Notes: generated by a model not told the origin, from the letters alone. A stretch of DNA of 59,243 bases from Candidatus Micrarchaeota archaeon (GCA_021791245.1 JAJYWY010000012.1:1-59243); one strand, 5' to 3'; counted from the first letter of the stretch, positions 9,883-19,695 are shown. A program made the numbers and translations.

Positions 9883-11023
9883 GATTTTTTTCCATGGCTG
9901 ACTCTGCAATTCCGTGGGAGATTCCCTTCAAAAATTCCAGTGATGCCTCCGGAACTTTTTTTGAAATGGAAAAATGCAGAATATCCTCCATAGTTCTATT
10001 TCCTCTCCTGTTTTTTGTTTCTCTTTCTTGCCTTAATAGCAGATTTAATCCGCAAGCGCCTACAGCCAATGCGTAAATCATTGCTGATGTCCTTATCTTT
10101 GTCCTGCCTGCTTCGGATTCCCTGCCAATGACTATTATCATCCTGCCTTTTTCTTTCAATACCCTCTTCATCTCAATTAAGGACATGCACATATCCTCTG
10201 CATACTTTTGTATGCCGTATTGAACCTGAGTAATCCCAAAAGTGCCCCCTATCTCACGATCTTTTGCCCACGTGATATTGTATCCGGCTATCCACATGGC
10301 ATGCTTATAGTTTCGGTAATAATCGAATGATCCTATATATGGCGGGGAGGTGAGAACTAGGTCAACTGAGCTGTCCTTCATGCTCATATCTCTTGCATCT
10401 TCTCTTGCCACAATGCACTTCTTACTGCAATACGGCAGAGACATCACAAGGTTTCTGTGGGTTTCAAATGCTTCGTATAAGCCGTTTATTCCGTTTCTGT
10501 TCTTTGATATTGAAAACCTCATAAGGGCATTCATAATTATACTGTGCACCAGGTCATCGTCCGCCGCGTTATCCAGCAGTCCCTTGAGAATTGCGGTGTC
10601 TTTGCCTTCAATATTTCCGTGTTTGCCTGGGAAAGCGTCTTCGATAATGCCCTTTGCACTGTCTAAGCAAGCTTTTCTCTTGTTTTTGCCTACATTGCAG
10701 AACATAACTGTTTCAGCAAGCTTTACTGCTGCTGGATTTATATCTGATCCATGGCATTCCATTCCCAACTTTGCAGCCTCAAACAGCGTTGTGCCGCTTC
10801 CACAGAATGGATCGAGCACAACTGAGTCCTTATTTGCATATTTCTTTAGCAGCTTTTCTGCAAGCCCTGGAGGGAATTGTCCGCTCCACTGAAATATGCT
10901 CTTCGCTCTATCTCCCTGAATGCCCAATTCCTTTTTAAAGTCAGGGTCGTAATCTATAGGAAAATCGTTGAACTGCATCATCAGCTGCAAAATATTATCC
11001 TGTGCTTTTTTGGTATTTGCCAT
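9845..11023 (-). CDS. Orphan DNA methyltransferase (N4-C/N6-A type, motif I before motif IV)
   Basis: VLDPFCGSGTT SAM-binding motif and DLVLTSPPY catalytic motif; no adjacent endonuclease. Confidence 0.88.
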   Translation of the reverse strand: MANTKKAQDNILQLMMQFNDFPIDYDPDFKKELGIQGDRAKSIFQWSGQFPPGLAEKLLKKYANKDSVVLDPFCGSGTTLFEAAKLGMECHGSDINPAAVKLAETVMFCNVGKNKRKACLDSAKGIIEDAFPGKHGNIEGKDTAILKGLLDNAADDDLVHSIIMNALMRFSISKNRNGINGLYEAFETHRNLVMSLPYCSKKCIVAREDARDMSMKDSSVDLVLTSPPYIGSFDYYRNYKHAMWIAGYNITWAKDREIGGTFGITQVQYGIQKYAEDMCMSLIEMKRVLKEKGRMIIVIGRESEAGRTKIRTSAMIYALAVGACGLNLLLRQERETKNRRGNRTMEDILHFSISKKVPEASLEFLKGISHGIAESAMEKNPPWPGFEPGSQP

Positions 11024-11194
11024 TTACACACAATATCGGAATCTTGGATCTCAAATAAGCATTAGTCCTGGCCATGTATAAATTTTTCCCTAAAATGGCT
11101 CTCCCAGATGCATGTGCCTTCAGATAGCGCAGGATTGCAAAAAACAAAGGCTTAAATTTACCAACCTCTTAATGATATTGAAAAAAGTGATAAA

Positions 11195-11386
11195 ATGAAA
11201 GGAAAAGTAAAAATGTTCAATGCTGCTCGCGGCTTTGGATTCATTACTGGCGAAGATGGAAAGGATGTATACGTGCATACATCAGCAGTTGAAGGAGGCG
11301 CAACACTTGCTGTTGGCGATTCAGTCGAATACGAAGTCGAGGCCGGAGAGCGCGGACCACGTGCAAAGAACGTAAAGAAACTCTAA
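11195..11386 (+). CDS. cspA: Cold-shock protein
   Basis: [17 protein letters not shown] (RNP1), DVYVH (RNP2), GPRAKNV. Confidence 0.95.
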   Translation: MKGKVKMFNAARGFGFITGEDGKDVYVHTSAVEGGATLAVGDSVEYEVEAGERGPRAKNVKKL

Positions 11387-11430
11387 AGCCACATTACAGT
11401 GGCTTTCACACTTCATATGCTTAGTGTGAA
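11385..11430 (+). terminator. Two stem-loops downstream of cspA
   Basis: AAAGCCAC-attaca-GTGGCTTT, then TTCACAC...GTGTGAA. Confidence 0.45.
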
Positions 11431-11498
11431 TGATATTTCTTTGAATAGGGCATGCAGAAACGCAAGGCAGCGGCATTAGGCACAGCCGATTACTTTAT

Positions 11499-12227
11499 AT
11501 GGTGTTGGATTTGGGAGCTAATATTGCAGGAAATGCAAAGACCGAGGTTCATTCACAAACCAATTTCCTATCCGATTTTATATTGGGATCACAGGACGGG
11601 CTTGTGAATGTGCTTGGGATCATACTTGGTGTGTCTGCAGCAACAAGCGACATACGGATAATATTTGTTGCTTCACTCGCAGCCTTAGGCGCAGAATCCA
11701 TATCAATGGGTGCGGTCGCATATACTTCTACGCTGGCAAGGAGAAAGCAATACCTTAAGGAGCTTGGCCGTGAGAAACAGGAGATGAAGGATGTTCCTCA
11801 AACTGAACGCAAAGAAGTGAGGGATATTTTTGCAGGATGGGGATACAAAGGAGAAGAACTTGAAAGCATGACAAACCATATAGTATCAAACCCCAAGGCC
11901 TGGCTTGAATTCATGATGTCCTTCGAGCTAAAACTCGCACCTGTAAAAAAATCGCAGCCTTTGTACAGCTTCGCCACAGTCCTGCTTGCGACAATATTCG
12001 GTTCATTGATACCAGTGATTCCATTCCTATTTCTTCATAATATAATCTCTGGGATGATTGCATCTGTAGTGATCAGCGGGCTTGCACTGTTCTTCATAGG
12101 ATATTACGAGGCTAAAACAACAGTCGGATCCATATGGAAAAACGGAATGCAGATGCTAATAATAGGGTTGGCTGCAGGTCTGGTAGGCTATCTGATCGGC
12201 CACTTCATAGGCGCAGTGCCGATATAA
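11499..12227 (+). CDS. VIT1/CCC1 iron/manganese transporter
   Basis: DFILGSQDGLVNVLGI, AESISMGAVAY, MMSFEL motifs. Confidence 0.92.
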   Translation: MVLDLGANIAGNAKTEVHSQTNFLSDFILGSQDGLVNVLGIILGVSAATSDIRIIFVASLAALGAESISMGAVAYTSTLARRKQYLKELGREKQEMKDVPQTERKEVRDIFAGWGYKGEELESMTNHIVSNPKAWLEFMMSFELKLAPVKKSQPLYSFATVLLATIFGSLIPVIPFLFLHNIISGMIASVVISGLALFFIGYYEAKTTVGSIWKNGMQMLIIGLAAGLVGYLIGHFIGAVPI

Positions 12228-12232
12228 TCCTT

Positions 12233-13225
12233 TCAACGGGATTTAAGATGGTTATTTAGCCTCTCGAGCTTCTTTGCCACGAAACAGGAATCGTAAAGCT
12301 TCGAGTCGCCTGTCTGGCCCAGAACATACTGCGTACTTGGGTCTATGCCTTTTGATTTCTGCCATTCTGTATACGCACCATAATATTTTGCGGCTTCGTG
12401 TGCAAGTTCGCGCGCAAAATCCGCTGCACCGCAATTTATTGCATCCTCTGCGCCCTGTATTAGCATAGATGCAACCACATTGTAATGTTCTGCGGAACCA
12501 GAAAAGGATTCCAGCAATGCGCGAAGCTCAAAGCTTAACGCGTTCTTGAACAATTCATTGTCAACTACCTCCCCCTTATAGCGTGATTCATGCGAGTCAA
12601 TCGTGTCTGTTATTGATTTTATTACTTCCTCTTTCATGTTCATTATTTTTGCTATTTCCTCGCCTTCCAAACGTATGCTGTATCCAACTTCTGCAAAACT
12701 GTCATCTCCGCATCCAGTCGCTTGCCATTTATTGTAGCAAGCATCTGCCTTTTTGTTAAGGATTTCCGCCCATTCCAGGTTCTTGCCCTTTATATTCCTG
12801 CTGTCTATTATCTCTTCAGCAGCCATATTGTAATAGTTTGCAGCTTGGTAGAAGTATTCTATGGCTTCGTGATACATTCCGAACGCTATGCAGCTTTTTA
12901 CCCTATTGAAAGCATTTGCGTCCCCGAATCCATCTCTCATTTGATCTATGTTCACGTCAGAATATTCCTTTATCCCTTTCCAGATCCTTTTTATCTCCAT
13001 TTCGGATCTTTTCCTGGGTTTTCCGTTATGCTCCCACTGCAGTTTTTCGATATCCGGTATCTTCCTTGTTGCATCCTTTATCTCAGATCCAGTGACTCTG
13101 TGAATTCCTGTTATTTCTGCCTTTTTTTGTTCCTTATCATTCTTCTTTTCCACAATCTCGCCACTTCTGGATAACTTAAGTTCGCCACATCCTAAAAACC
13201 TATAAGGTAGGTTACGTATTCTCAT
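12233..13225 (-). CDS. Hypothetical alpha-helical protein
   Basis: 330-aa ORF with A-x-x-YY-x-x-AA helical motifs; no recognised family. Confidence 0.7.
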   Translation of the reverse strand: MRIRNLPYRFLGCGELKLSRSGEIVEKKNDKEQKKAEITGIHRVTGSEIKDATRKIPDIEKLQWEHNGKPRKRSEMEIKRIWKGIKEYSDVNIDQMRDGFGDANAFNRVKSCIAFGMYHEAIEYFYQAANYYNMAAEEIIDSRNIKGKNLEWAEILNKKADACYNKWQATGCGDDSFAEVGYSIRLEGEEIAKIMNMKEEVIKSITDTIDSHESRYKGEVVDNELFKNALSFELRALLESFSGSAEHYNVVASMLIQGAEDAINCGAADFARELAHEAAKYYGAYTEWQKSKGIDPSTQYVLGQTGDSKLYDSCFVAKKLERLNNHLKSR

Positions 13226-13279
13226 TGATTACATGGAGAACAATGTAACGCTACCAATAGACCGACATAATTGATTCGG

Positions 13280-14419
13280 TTAATCTAAATCAAACGCGTC
13301 AGTCTGCTTCAGTGTCTTCTTTACTGCCGCATCGAGTTTGCATCTCTTATACATCTTTTCTATCTCAAGCAAATCGCTGCGCGTTGCAGGATCCATCGCA
13401 TTAAGCGAACACACGTCTTTGTATGGTTTTATGGACAAGTCATGCGTTCCTATACTGCGCGCATTGTTGACTATTTCTTGCTTGTCGAACGAGATTAATG
13501 GCCTGATTATGAATTTATTGATTCCGTATTCGGAGGATCTCAGGTTGCTTATAGTCTGCGAAGATACCTGCCCCAGGCTTTCGCCGGTTATTATGGATTC
13601 TGCGCCTTCAATATTTGCCACTTCTTCCGCAAGCCTGTAAATAAACCTCTTGAAAAGTATGTGCTCATACCTAGTATCCGCTTTTAGCACAGCCGCCTGA
13701 AAGATATGTGAGGGCGAATAATAAATTTTTGAACGCCCAGAATAAAGCGAAAGCACTTTTGCTATATCCGTTATCTTTGATGCTGCTGCTTCCTTATTTG
13801 CAGCAAAAGGGTGTACATGTAGGAATATAGGGGTTATCCCTCTCTTCATTGCATAGAAGGATGCTACTGGGGAGTCTATGCCCCCTGACAATAGCGATAT
13901 TCCTGTTCCTGAAGAGCCTACCGGAAGCCCATTCAATCCCCTTATTTTGTTTAGGTAGAGGAGCGTGCCTTTTTCTGTCACGTTTATATGCAGTATCTTA
14001 TCTGATTTAGCATCCAAAGAAAATGGAAGCCTCTTCGCGTTCTTTATGAAATGCGTTACAATCTCAGTGGAATCAAACGGAACACTTTTTGTGGATCTGT
14101 GCGCCTCTATCCTAACATTATCCCCTCTTCCGAAGAAATTTTTGGAGGCTTCCATCATGGAGCCGATATCGTTTCTCGCAATTTCAACTGGTGCAAACCA
14201 GCTTATGCCAAATACGTGCCCAAGTTTGATGAGTATGGATCCGATATCCGAATTTTTGTTCAGGTATATCATTATCCTATCCCGATTATTTTCAAGAGAG
14301 TACGATTCTGGGCGGAGTGCATCTTTTATATTTCTGGTAAGGAGGCTCGTGAAGGTATGCCTATTTCTTCCCTTAAGCCATATCTCCCCGAAGTGTATTG
14401 TTATCGCAGAGTATTCCAT
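13280..14419 (-). CDS. thiI: tRNA 4-thiouridine synthase ThiI
   Basis: FGEIWLKGRNR, THUMP region, GLPVGSSG, PP-loop LLSGGIDSPVA, TGESLGQVSSQT. Start at ATG 14419 inferred. Confidence 0.93.
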   Translation of the reverse strand: MEYSAITIHFGEIWLKGRNRHTFTSLLTRNIKDALRPESYSLENNRDRIMIYLNKNSDIGSILIKLGHVFGISWFAPVEIARNDIGSMMEASKNFFGRGDNVRIEAHRSTKSVPFDSTEIVTHFIKNAKRLPFSLDAKSDKILHINVTEKGTLLYLNKIRGLNGLPVGSSGTGISLLSGGIDSPVASFYAMKRGITPIFLHVHPFAANKEAAASKITDIAKVLSLYSGRSKIYYSPSHIFQAAVLKADTRYEHILFKRFIYRLAEEVANIEGAESIITGESLGQVSSQTISNLRSSEYGINKFIIRPLISFDKQEIVNNARSIGTHDLSIKPYKDVCSLNAMDPATRSDLLEIEKMYKRCKLDAAVKKTLKQTDAFDLD

Positions 14420-14484
14420 ATGCATCCTTTGACAGTAATAGACATAACCTTTATTAACCGCCACAATAAAGTATTTTCGGTTCT

Positions 14485-15657
14485 ATGTCTTTGATGCTGC
14501 GCAATGCAAAAATCTACACGGGCTTAAGCCATAATGGCGAAATATTATGCGATCAATCCATATTCATAGAGGGAGATAAGATATCAAGGCTGGTGCACAA
14601 TTCTGCACTGGCTCCTTATCGCGAAAAACTAAAAAAGTGCGAAAATGATCATGATCACGATCTCCGAGGCATGAACATAGCGCCAGGTTTTATAGATCTC
14701 CAAGTGAACGGAGGAGGCGGAAGCATGTTTACATCAGACACGTCAGTAAAATCGATACGGCGAATAGTAAATGCCCATTCCAAACGCGGAACTACAAATA
14801 TGCTTCTGTCCCTAATCTCTCCAGATAACGCAACTATTGCAGAGGCTGTCAAAGCGACTAAAGAATACGCGCTTAGCTATGGAAATAGTGTACTTGGAAT
14901 ACATCTCGAAGGGCCTTTCATAACATTGGAAAAAAGAGGCATACACCCTAAGGAGAACATAAGAAGTATGAATGACGAGGATTTGAAGATTATACTGGAT
15001 GCAAAAGAAACGATAAGGATTGTGACTGTATCGCCAGAAAGCGTTAGTAACGAGCAGATAAAGAGCCTAAAAGATGCAGGCATAGTCGTATCGATAGGGC
15101 ACAGCAACGCAACGTATTGCAAAGCATTCGAGTCATTCATTCACGGAGTTTCATGTGCAACACATCTTTACAATGCCATGTCCGGAATCTCGGCTAGGGA
15201 ACCTGGAGTAATCGGCGCGGTTCTGGATTGCAACAAAGACGCAAGCATAATAGTTGACGGAATACATGTCAGTTATCCATTGGTGCGCATGGCGAAGAAG
15301 ATACTGAGAGATAAGCTATTTCTCGTGTCTGACGCTATGCCAGTTGTGGGTGGCAAAACAATGAGTTTCAAGATTGGAACTGAAGAGGTTATTTATGATT
15401 TGGCTGGATGTGAGACTAAAGAAGGGGTAATAGGTGGATCTGCAATCTCAATGCGTGATGCAGTAAAGGGGTGCATAGAAAAAGCAGGCATGGAAACTGC
15501 AGAGGCTATAAGGATGGCAACTTCCTATCCTGCAAGGGTTCTTGGAGAGGGTACGATAGGTGTCATAAGAGAGGGCAGCATTGCAAACATGGTCATATTT
15601 GACGACAGTTTCAACATCAAGGCCGTTGTCCTGTCAGGCGTATACAGGAAAATATAA
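14485..15657 (+). CDS. nagA: N-acetylglucosamine-6-phosphate deacetylase
   Basis: PGFIDLQVNGGGG, GIHLEGPF, GHSNA, THLYNAM, DGIHV, VSDAM. Confidence 0.93.
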   Translation: MSLMLRNAKIYTGLSHNGEILCDQSIFIEGDKISRLVHNSALAPYREKLKKCENDHDHDLRGMNIAPGFIDLQVNGGGGSMFTSDTSVKSIRRIVNAHSKRGTTNMLLSLISPDNATIAEAVKATKEYALSYGNSVLGIHLEGPFITLEKRGIHPKENIRSMNDEDLKIILDAKETIRIVTVSPESVSNEQIKSLKDAGIVVSIGHSNATYCKAFESFIHGVSCATHLYNAMSGISAREPGVIGAVLDCNKDASIIVDGIHVSYPLVRMAKKILRDKLFLVSDAMPVVGGKTMSFKIGTEEVIYDLAGCETKEGVIGGSAISMRDAVKGCIEKAGMETAEAIRMATSYPARVLGEGTIGVIREGSIANMVIFDDSFNIKAVVLSGVYRKI

Positions 15658-15664
15658 GGAAGCG

Positions 15665-16261
15665 TCATAGCTTCCCTTCCGGGAAAACGAAGCAGTCTCT
15701 GCATCGCGGTTCGTAATCCTCCTTACCGCCCACATGGACCTGCTCGCCAAATATTGGAGTGCCCTTATCATCTACTCTCTGCGTGAATGATGCGCCGTCA
15801 GATCTGCACTTTCTGCATATGGCAGTAAGGCATTCTATCTCGTCTGCTTTTGCAAGTATCTCGCCTGCATTTCCGAATACTTCGCCAGTGTGGTCCTTGT
15901 TAAGCACGGTAACTATGACCCGCCTTCCCTTTGAAAGCTCCATTATGAGTTTTGGTATATTTGCATCTTTAGAGAAGAACTGCGCTTCCTCTATCCCTAC
16001 AACTCCCACATTCTTTGCACCCTTCATTATGATGCCATAAGCTTCTTCGCCTGTAGGAACCACGATTGCGCTTAGCTTCTGCCCTGCGTGCGTAACTATC
16101 TCCATTGCACTGTATCTGTTGTCAATGCGCGGCTTGAACACGGCTATCTTGTTTTCTGCATACTGCTCCCTCTCAAGATGGTGTATAAGGGTAGAAGTCT
16201 TTCCTGAGAACATGGGCCCTGTAATCACAATCACTCTTCCGTTTGTTTTTATGTTTGGCAT
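15665..16261 (-). CDS. tdk: Thymidine kinase
   Basis: GPMFSGKT, FKPRIDNRY, IEEAQFF, CxxC pairs, VGGKEDYEPRCRDC. Confidence 0.95.
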   Translation of the reverse strand: MPNIKTNGRVIVITGPMFSGKTSTLIHHLEREQYAENKIAVFKPRIDNRYSAMEIVTHAGQKLSAIVVPTGEEAYGIIMKGAKNVGVVGIEEAQFFSKDANIPKLIMELSKGRRVIVTVLNKDHTGEVFGNAGEILAKADEIECLTAICRKCRSDGASFTQRVDDKGTPIFGEQVHVGGKEDYEPRCRDCFVFPEGKL

Positions 16262-16273
16262 CCTTTCACCTAA

Positions 16274-16852
16274 TTATAATTTGAAATCTATGGGAATCCT
16301 GGCTCCATACTCTGCAATGAATTTCTCCATTATCGAAGCCTCCGTATCCCCGGGTTTCTTTATCCTTCCTATCAGGTTTTTCACGTCTTCGTGGTAATTC
16401 CACGGATACATATACCATATCCATTCAGATAGCTGCTCTGCGATGAAGTCCGGTTTAAATCTTGAGGTTTTGCCTATGAACTGAAAAGCAGCGGTCTTGG
16501 CCTCTTTTGGATTGCATGAGGATACGTTCTCTTTTGCAAGCATTAAGCTCTCGCCAGTGTCCGCAATATCGTCCACTATAAGTATTTTCTTCCCTGAAAG
16601 ATTGGCTCTAAGCGGCTCTTTGACTACGGCTTTTTCTTCAGGCTTTGCCGTCTCGTTCCAGTGTTCAATCCGTATAGAAAGCACATCCTTCACAGAGAGC
16701 ATATCTGCGAGCAGCCTTGCTGGCACAAGCCCGCCCCTAGCCACTGCAATTATCGCATCCGGCGCATATCCAGATTCAACTATGCTTCTGGAAAGCGAGC
16801 TGCTCCATCTCTCGACTTCTGTCCAATCCACAATCTTTACCTTCATGGGCAT
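16274..16852 (-). CDS. Type I (purine) phosphoribosyltransferase
   Basis: IIAVARGGLVPA and PRPP motif ILIVDDIADTGES. Confidence 0.9.
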   Translation of the reverse strand: MPMKVKIVDWTEVERWSSSLSRSIVESGYAPDAIIAVARGGLVPARLLADMLSVKDVLSIRIEHWNETAKPEEKAVVKEPLRANLSGKKILIVDDIADTGESLMLAKENVSSCNPKEAKTAAFQFIGKTSRFKPDFIAEQLSEWIWYMYPWNYHEDVKNLIGRIKKPGDTEASIMEKFIAEYGARIPIDFKL

Positions 16853-16911
16853 GGAACCAAACTATCTTTGTAAGCAAAATTTAAATATGTGCTTTGCCGA
16901 TTATCTGCACC

Positions 16912-17709
16912 ATGGAAGCGGACATAGCAGTGATAGGCGGATCTGGTCTTTATTCGCTATTCGACAAGCACGAGAGCCTTGACGCAAAAAACAAGTACGG
17001 AAGCGCAAGCGGCACCATAAGCGTAGCGGAATTGGAAGGCAAGAGGGTAGCATTCCTGCCTAGGCATGGCAACAAGCATACAATACCTCCGCACAAGGTT
17101 CCTTATAGGGCAAACATACAGGCTCTGAGCGAGCTAGGCGTAAAGATGATAATAGGAACTTGCGCAGTGGGCTCCCTTTATTCTTCGTATAAGCCAGGTG
17201 ATTTCGTCTTCTTCGATCAGTTTGCAAACATGACTTGCGGAAGGGACGATACGTTTTTCGATGAAGATGAAGTGGTGCACGTGAGCATGGCGTATCCTTA
17301 TTGCGATTACATGCGGAGGGTGGCAGAAGAATCCTCAAACAGGATGAATCTCAGCTATCACAACACGAGTACGCTTGCAGTGGTAAACGGGCCGCGCTTT
17401 TCCACAGTGGCGGAATCAAAGCTGCTGATGGATAATGGGTTCCATTGCATAAACATGACCCAGTATCCAGAGGTTGCGCTTGCTAGGGAAAAGCAGATAT
17501 GCTATCTTGGCGTAGGGGTGATAACAGATTATGACGCTGGGCTTGTGGGAAAGATAATCCCGGTAAGTTTCGATGAGGTCAACAGGGTCTTCGCCGAGAA
17601 TATGGTAAAGCTTAAGGGATTGATAAAGGAGATAGTGTCCGGGCTGAATCCGGAAAAGCGCACATGCTCGTGCAGGAACGCGCTTGACGGTGCCAAAGTA
17701 AACGTATGA
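16912..17709 (+). CDS. mtnP: S-methyl-5'-thioadenosine phosphorylase
   Basis: IGGSGLY, FLPRHG..PPH, GPRFST, NMTQYPE, TDYD. Confidence 0.92.
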   Translation: MEADIAVIGGSGLYSLFDKHESLDAKNKYGSASGTISVAELEGKRVAFLPRHGNKHTIPPHKVPYRANIQALSELGVKMIIGTCAVGSLYSSYKPGDFVFFDQFANMTCGRDDTFFDEDEVVHVSMAYPYCDYMRRVAEESSNRMNLSYHNTSTLAVVNGPRFSTVAESKLLMDNGFHCINMTQYPEVALAREKQICYLGVGVITDYDAGLVGKIIPVSFDEVNRVFAENMVKLKGLIKEIVSGLNPEKRTCSCRNALDGAKVNV

Positions 17710-17712
17710 CCG

Positions 17713-18387
17713 CTAATCCCGGATATTTCCAAGTATGGTCCTTAATATTATGAATCCATCGTGGAAAGTCCTCAGCTTTGCATCCCCGAACTGCCTCTTC
17801 TTCTCCACGCTTGGCACCTCTACTATCCTCATCCTGTTCTTCGCTGCCTTAATGCTTATCTCGGTCTCGATGCCAAATCCCATTTCCTTCAGGTTAAGCC
17901 TTTTCAAGATCCCTTTTTTGAAGCTCCTGTATCCATAGCACAGATCGCTGTAATGTGCATTGAACAGGGTGTTAACCATGGCCAGGAAGAATTTGTTCCC
18001 TAGTATCCTAAGAAGCGGCATATCCTCCGAAGCTCCGCCTTCCATGAACCTTGAGCCCATACATATGTCATAGCCAGATTCTATGCCTGCTATGAGCAGC
18101 TTTAGTTCATTGGGCTTGTGGGACAAGTCCGCGTCCATCGATATCTGTATGTAGCCCCTAGCGGCCTCAAGCCCCTTTATCAGCGCGCTTCCTTTCCCTT
18201 TGCCGTCGTATATTATCCTTGCCCCATACTTGCGTGCAATCTCCACTGTCCTATCCTTTGAATGTCCGTCTACCACTATTATCTCATAGTCGTATGGCGC
18301 AAGTTCCTCCTTTACCTCCCTGAGCAGCGACGCTATGTTTTTTTCTTCATTGAGGGTTGGTATTACAACAGATACGTACTTTCCCAT
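17713..18387 (-). CDS. GT2 glycosyltransferase (polyprenol-phosphate glycosyltransferase-like)
   Basis: VVIPTLNEE, VVDGHSKDRT, MDADLSH, GSRF. Confidence 0.92.
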   Translation of the reverse strand: MGKYVSVVIPTLNEEKNIASLLREVKEELAPYDYEIIVVDGHSKDRTVEIARKYGARIIYDGKGKGSALIKGLEAARGYIQISMDADLSHKPNELKLLIAGIESGYDICMGSRFMEGGASEDMPLLRILGNKFFLAMVNTLFNAHYSDLCYGYRSFKKGILKRLNLKEMGFGIETEISIKAAKNRMRIVEVPSVEKKRQFGDAKLRTFHDGFIILRTILGNIRD

Positions 18388-18407
18388 TGCATCATTCTAT
18401 ATTTATC

Positions 18408-18514
18408 TGCAGGGGAAGGGATTTGAACCCTCGAAGGCGCTAAGCCACAGGATCTTAAGTCCTGCGCGTTTTTCCGTGGCTACTGCCAGCCAGACCAGAC
18501 TCTGCCACCCCTGC
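18408..18514 (-). tRNA. tRNA-Leu(TAA) with a ~23-nt D-loop intron (~18471-18493)
   Basis: GCAGGGG/CCCCTGC acceptor, CAGGA-CTTAAGA-TCCTG anticodon arm, long variable arm, TTCAAAT. The D-loop insert folds as a BHB (TCTG/CGGA central helix). Confidence 0.9.
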
Positions 18515-18600
18515 ATATGTATAAATAAAGAGCAATGAAAGAAATACCTTACGCACATGTATAAATAAAGAGCAATGAAAGAAATACCTTACGCATATGT
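18513..18600. repeat. 40-bp tandem duplication (2.2 copies)
   Basis: GCA(T/C)ATGTATAAATAAAGAGCAATGAAAGAAATACCTTAC at 18513 and 18553, plus a partial copy at 18593. Confidence 0.95.
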
Positions 18601-19332
18601 GGAAGGCCCCTCTCCGCTTGCCATATCCAACGCATTCTTGTATTCCTGATGGGTCTCTTTCGCATTCTTCAGCAACTCCTTCACCTTCTCCTGCACTTCC
18701 TTGGACTCTTCCTCCAGTTCTTCCGTATCTATATCCATGTTTATGAGTTTGTTCAGCCCAAGTATCGCCATCTCTGCATATTTTGGATCCATAACTGTCG
18801 CTATCACAGGGACAAGCACGCTAATTGCAGGTATCTTGTACGATGTGCATCTTGTAAGCAAAAGGGCAGAAACGCCTGCAACTACGCCTTCATTTATCGG
18901 AGTTATGCCTGCATCCTTCAACTTTTTGATAGAGGCATCGTTGGAGGCAGTGCCGTAAATGTTCTTCGATATTTTCTGTACTGGTATTCCGCCAACAGAA
19001 ATTATCTGGCCTATCTTGTTCTTTCTTATGAATCCTAAAAGCTCCTCCGCAAGAAACGAGATTGAAGTAGAGGGAACGGCAAATTCCGCTATTACCACAA
19101 TTATCCTGTACTTATCGTCTTTGTAAAGCCGTATCGGAAACATCGGCTTGCCATCGTGTATTGTTGCTATCGGAGGGAAGATGTCGCCGTCTATATATCC
19201 TATGTACTCCATCTTCAGCTTCTCTATCATGTAGCTGTTTGTCATTGGGCCTACGAGCCCTAATCCGGGAAATCCTTCTATCAGGGTGTACCCGGAAAGA
19301 TTGTAATCTTTGGTAAGCTTTATCTCTATCAT
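18589..19332 (-). CDS. PAC2-family proteasome assembly chaperone (PbaA/PbaB-like)
   Basis: LIEGFPGLGLVG, FPP..P.RLY, acidic C-terminal helix, HbYX-like end TYA. Confidence 0.9.
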   Translation of the reverse strand: MIEIKLTKDYNLSGYTLIEGFPGLGLVGPMTNSYMIEKLKMEYIGYIDGDIFPPIATIHDGKPMFPIRLYKDDKYRIIVVIAEFAVPSTSISFLAEELLGFIRKNKIGQIISVGGIPVQKISKNIYGTASNDASIKKLKDAGITPINEGVVAGVSALLLTRCTSYKIPAISVLVPVIATVMDPKYAEMAILGLNKLINMDIDTEELEEESKEVQEKVKELLKNAKETHQEYKNALDMASGEGPSTYA

Positions 19333-19470
19333 AGAAACAAGAACACTTACAGAGCTAAAGTTTAAAAAGGCAACGCATACGTTTCACATAAAAAAATGCA
19401 TATATTTTACTCTCGATATACAGACGATAAATTTATAAAGCTGTTCTAGTATAGTATCCTCGGTGAATAA

Positions 19471-19695
19471 ATGGCTGAAAGAATAGGAAAGGAAAAAATA
19501 GAGAGAGAAGATGGATACCTATACTACCTAGGAAAGGATGGTTTTGTATGGAAAACGCCTATGAAATCAAATTCTAGGGGAAGAAAGGCAAAAATCAGCA
19601 AGGAAAAGGTTCAGAGGCAGGAAGGATACCTTTACTTCATAGACAAGAACGGCTATGTTGCAAGGTCAAAGATGAACAGAAAAGGAAGAAGGTAA
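19471..19695 (+). CDS. Small basic protein with an internal two-fold repeat
   Basis: REDGYLYYLGKDGFV / RQEGYLYFIDKNGYV; TTTATAAA box and GGTGA RBS upstream; hairpin plus T-tract downstream. Confidence 0.85.
   Translation: MAERIGKEKIEREDGYLYYLGKDGFVWKTPMKSNSRGRKAKISKEKVQRQEGYLYFIDKNGYVARSKMNRKGRR

Noticed and set aside
9845-11023. Complete restriction-modification system or integrated element at tRNA-Asp
   Set aside because: No endonuclease, integrase or duplicated att sequence was seen in the window.
12381-12394. 13/14 match to the putative guide of the 55552-56509 element
   Set aside because: Short, AT-rich and preceded by ACCA rather than TTAT; consistent with chance.
18513-18600. Possible mini-CRISPR array
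   Set aside because: Repeats are head-to-tail with no spacers, and there are no cas genes in the window.
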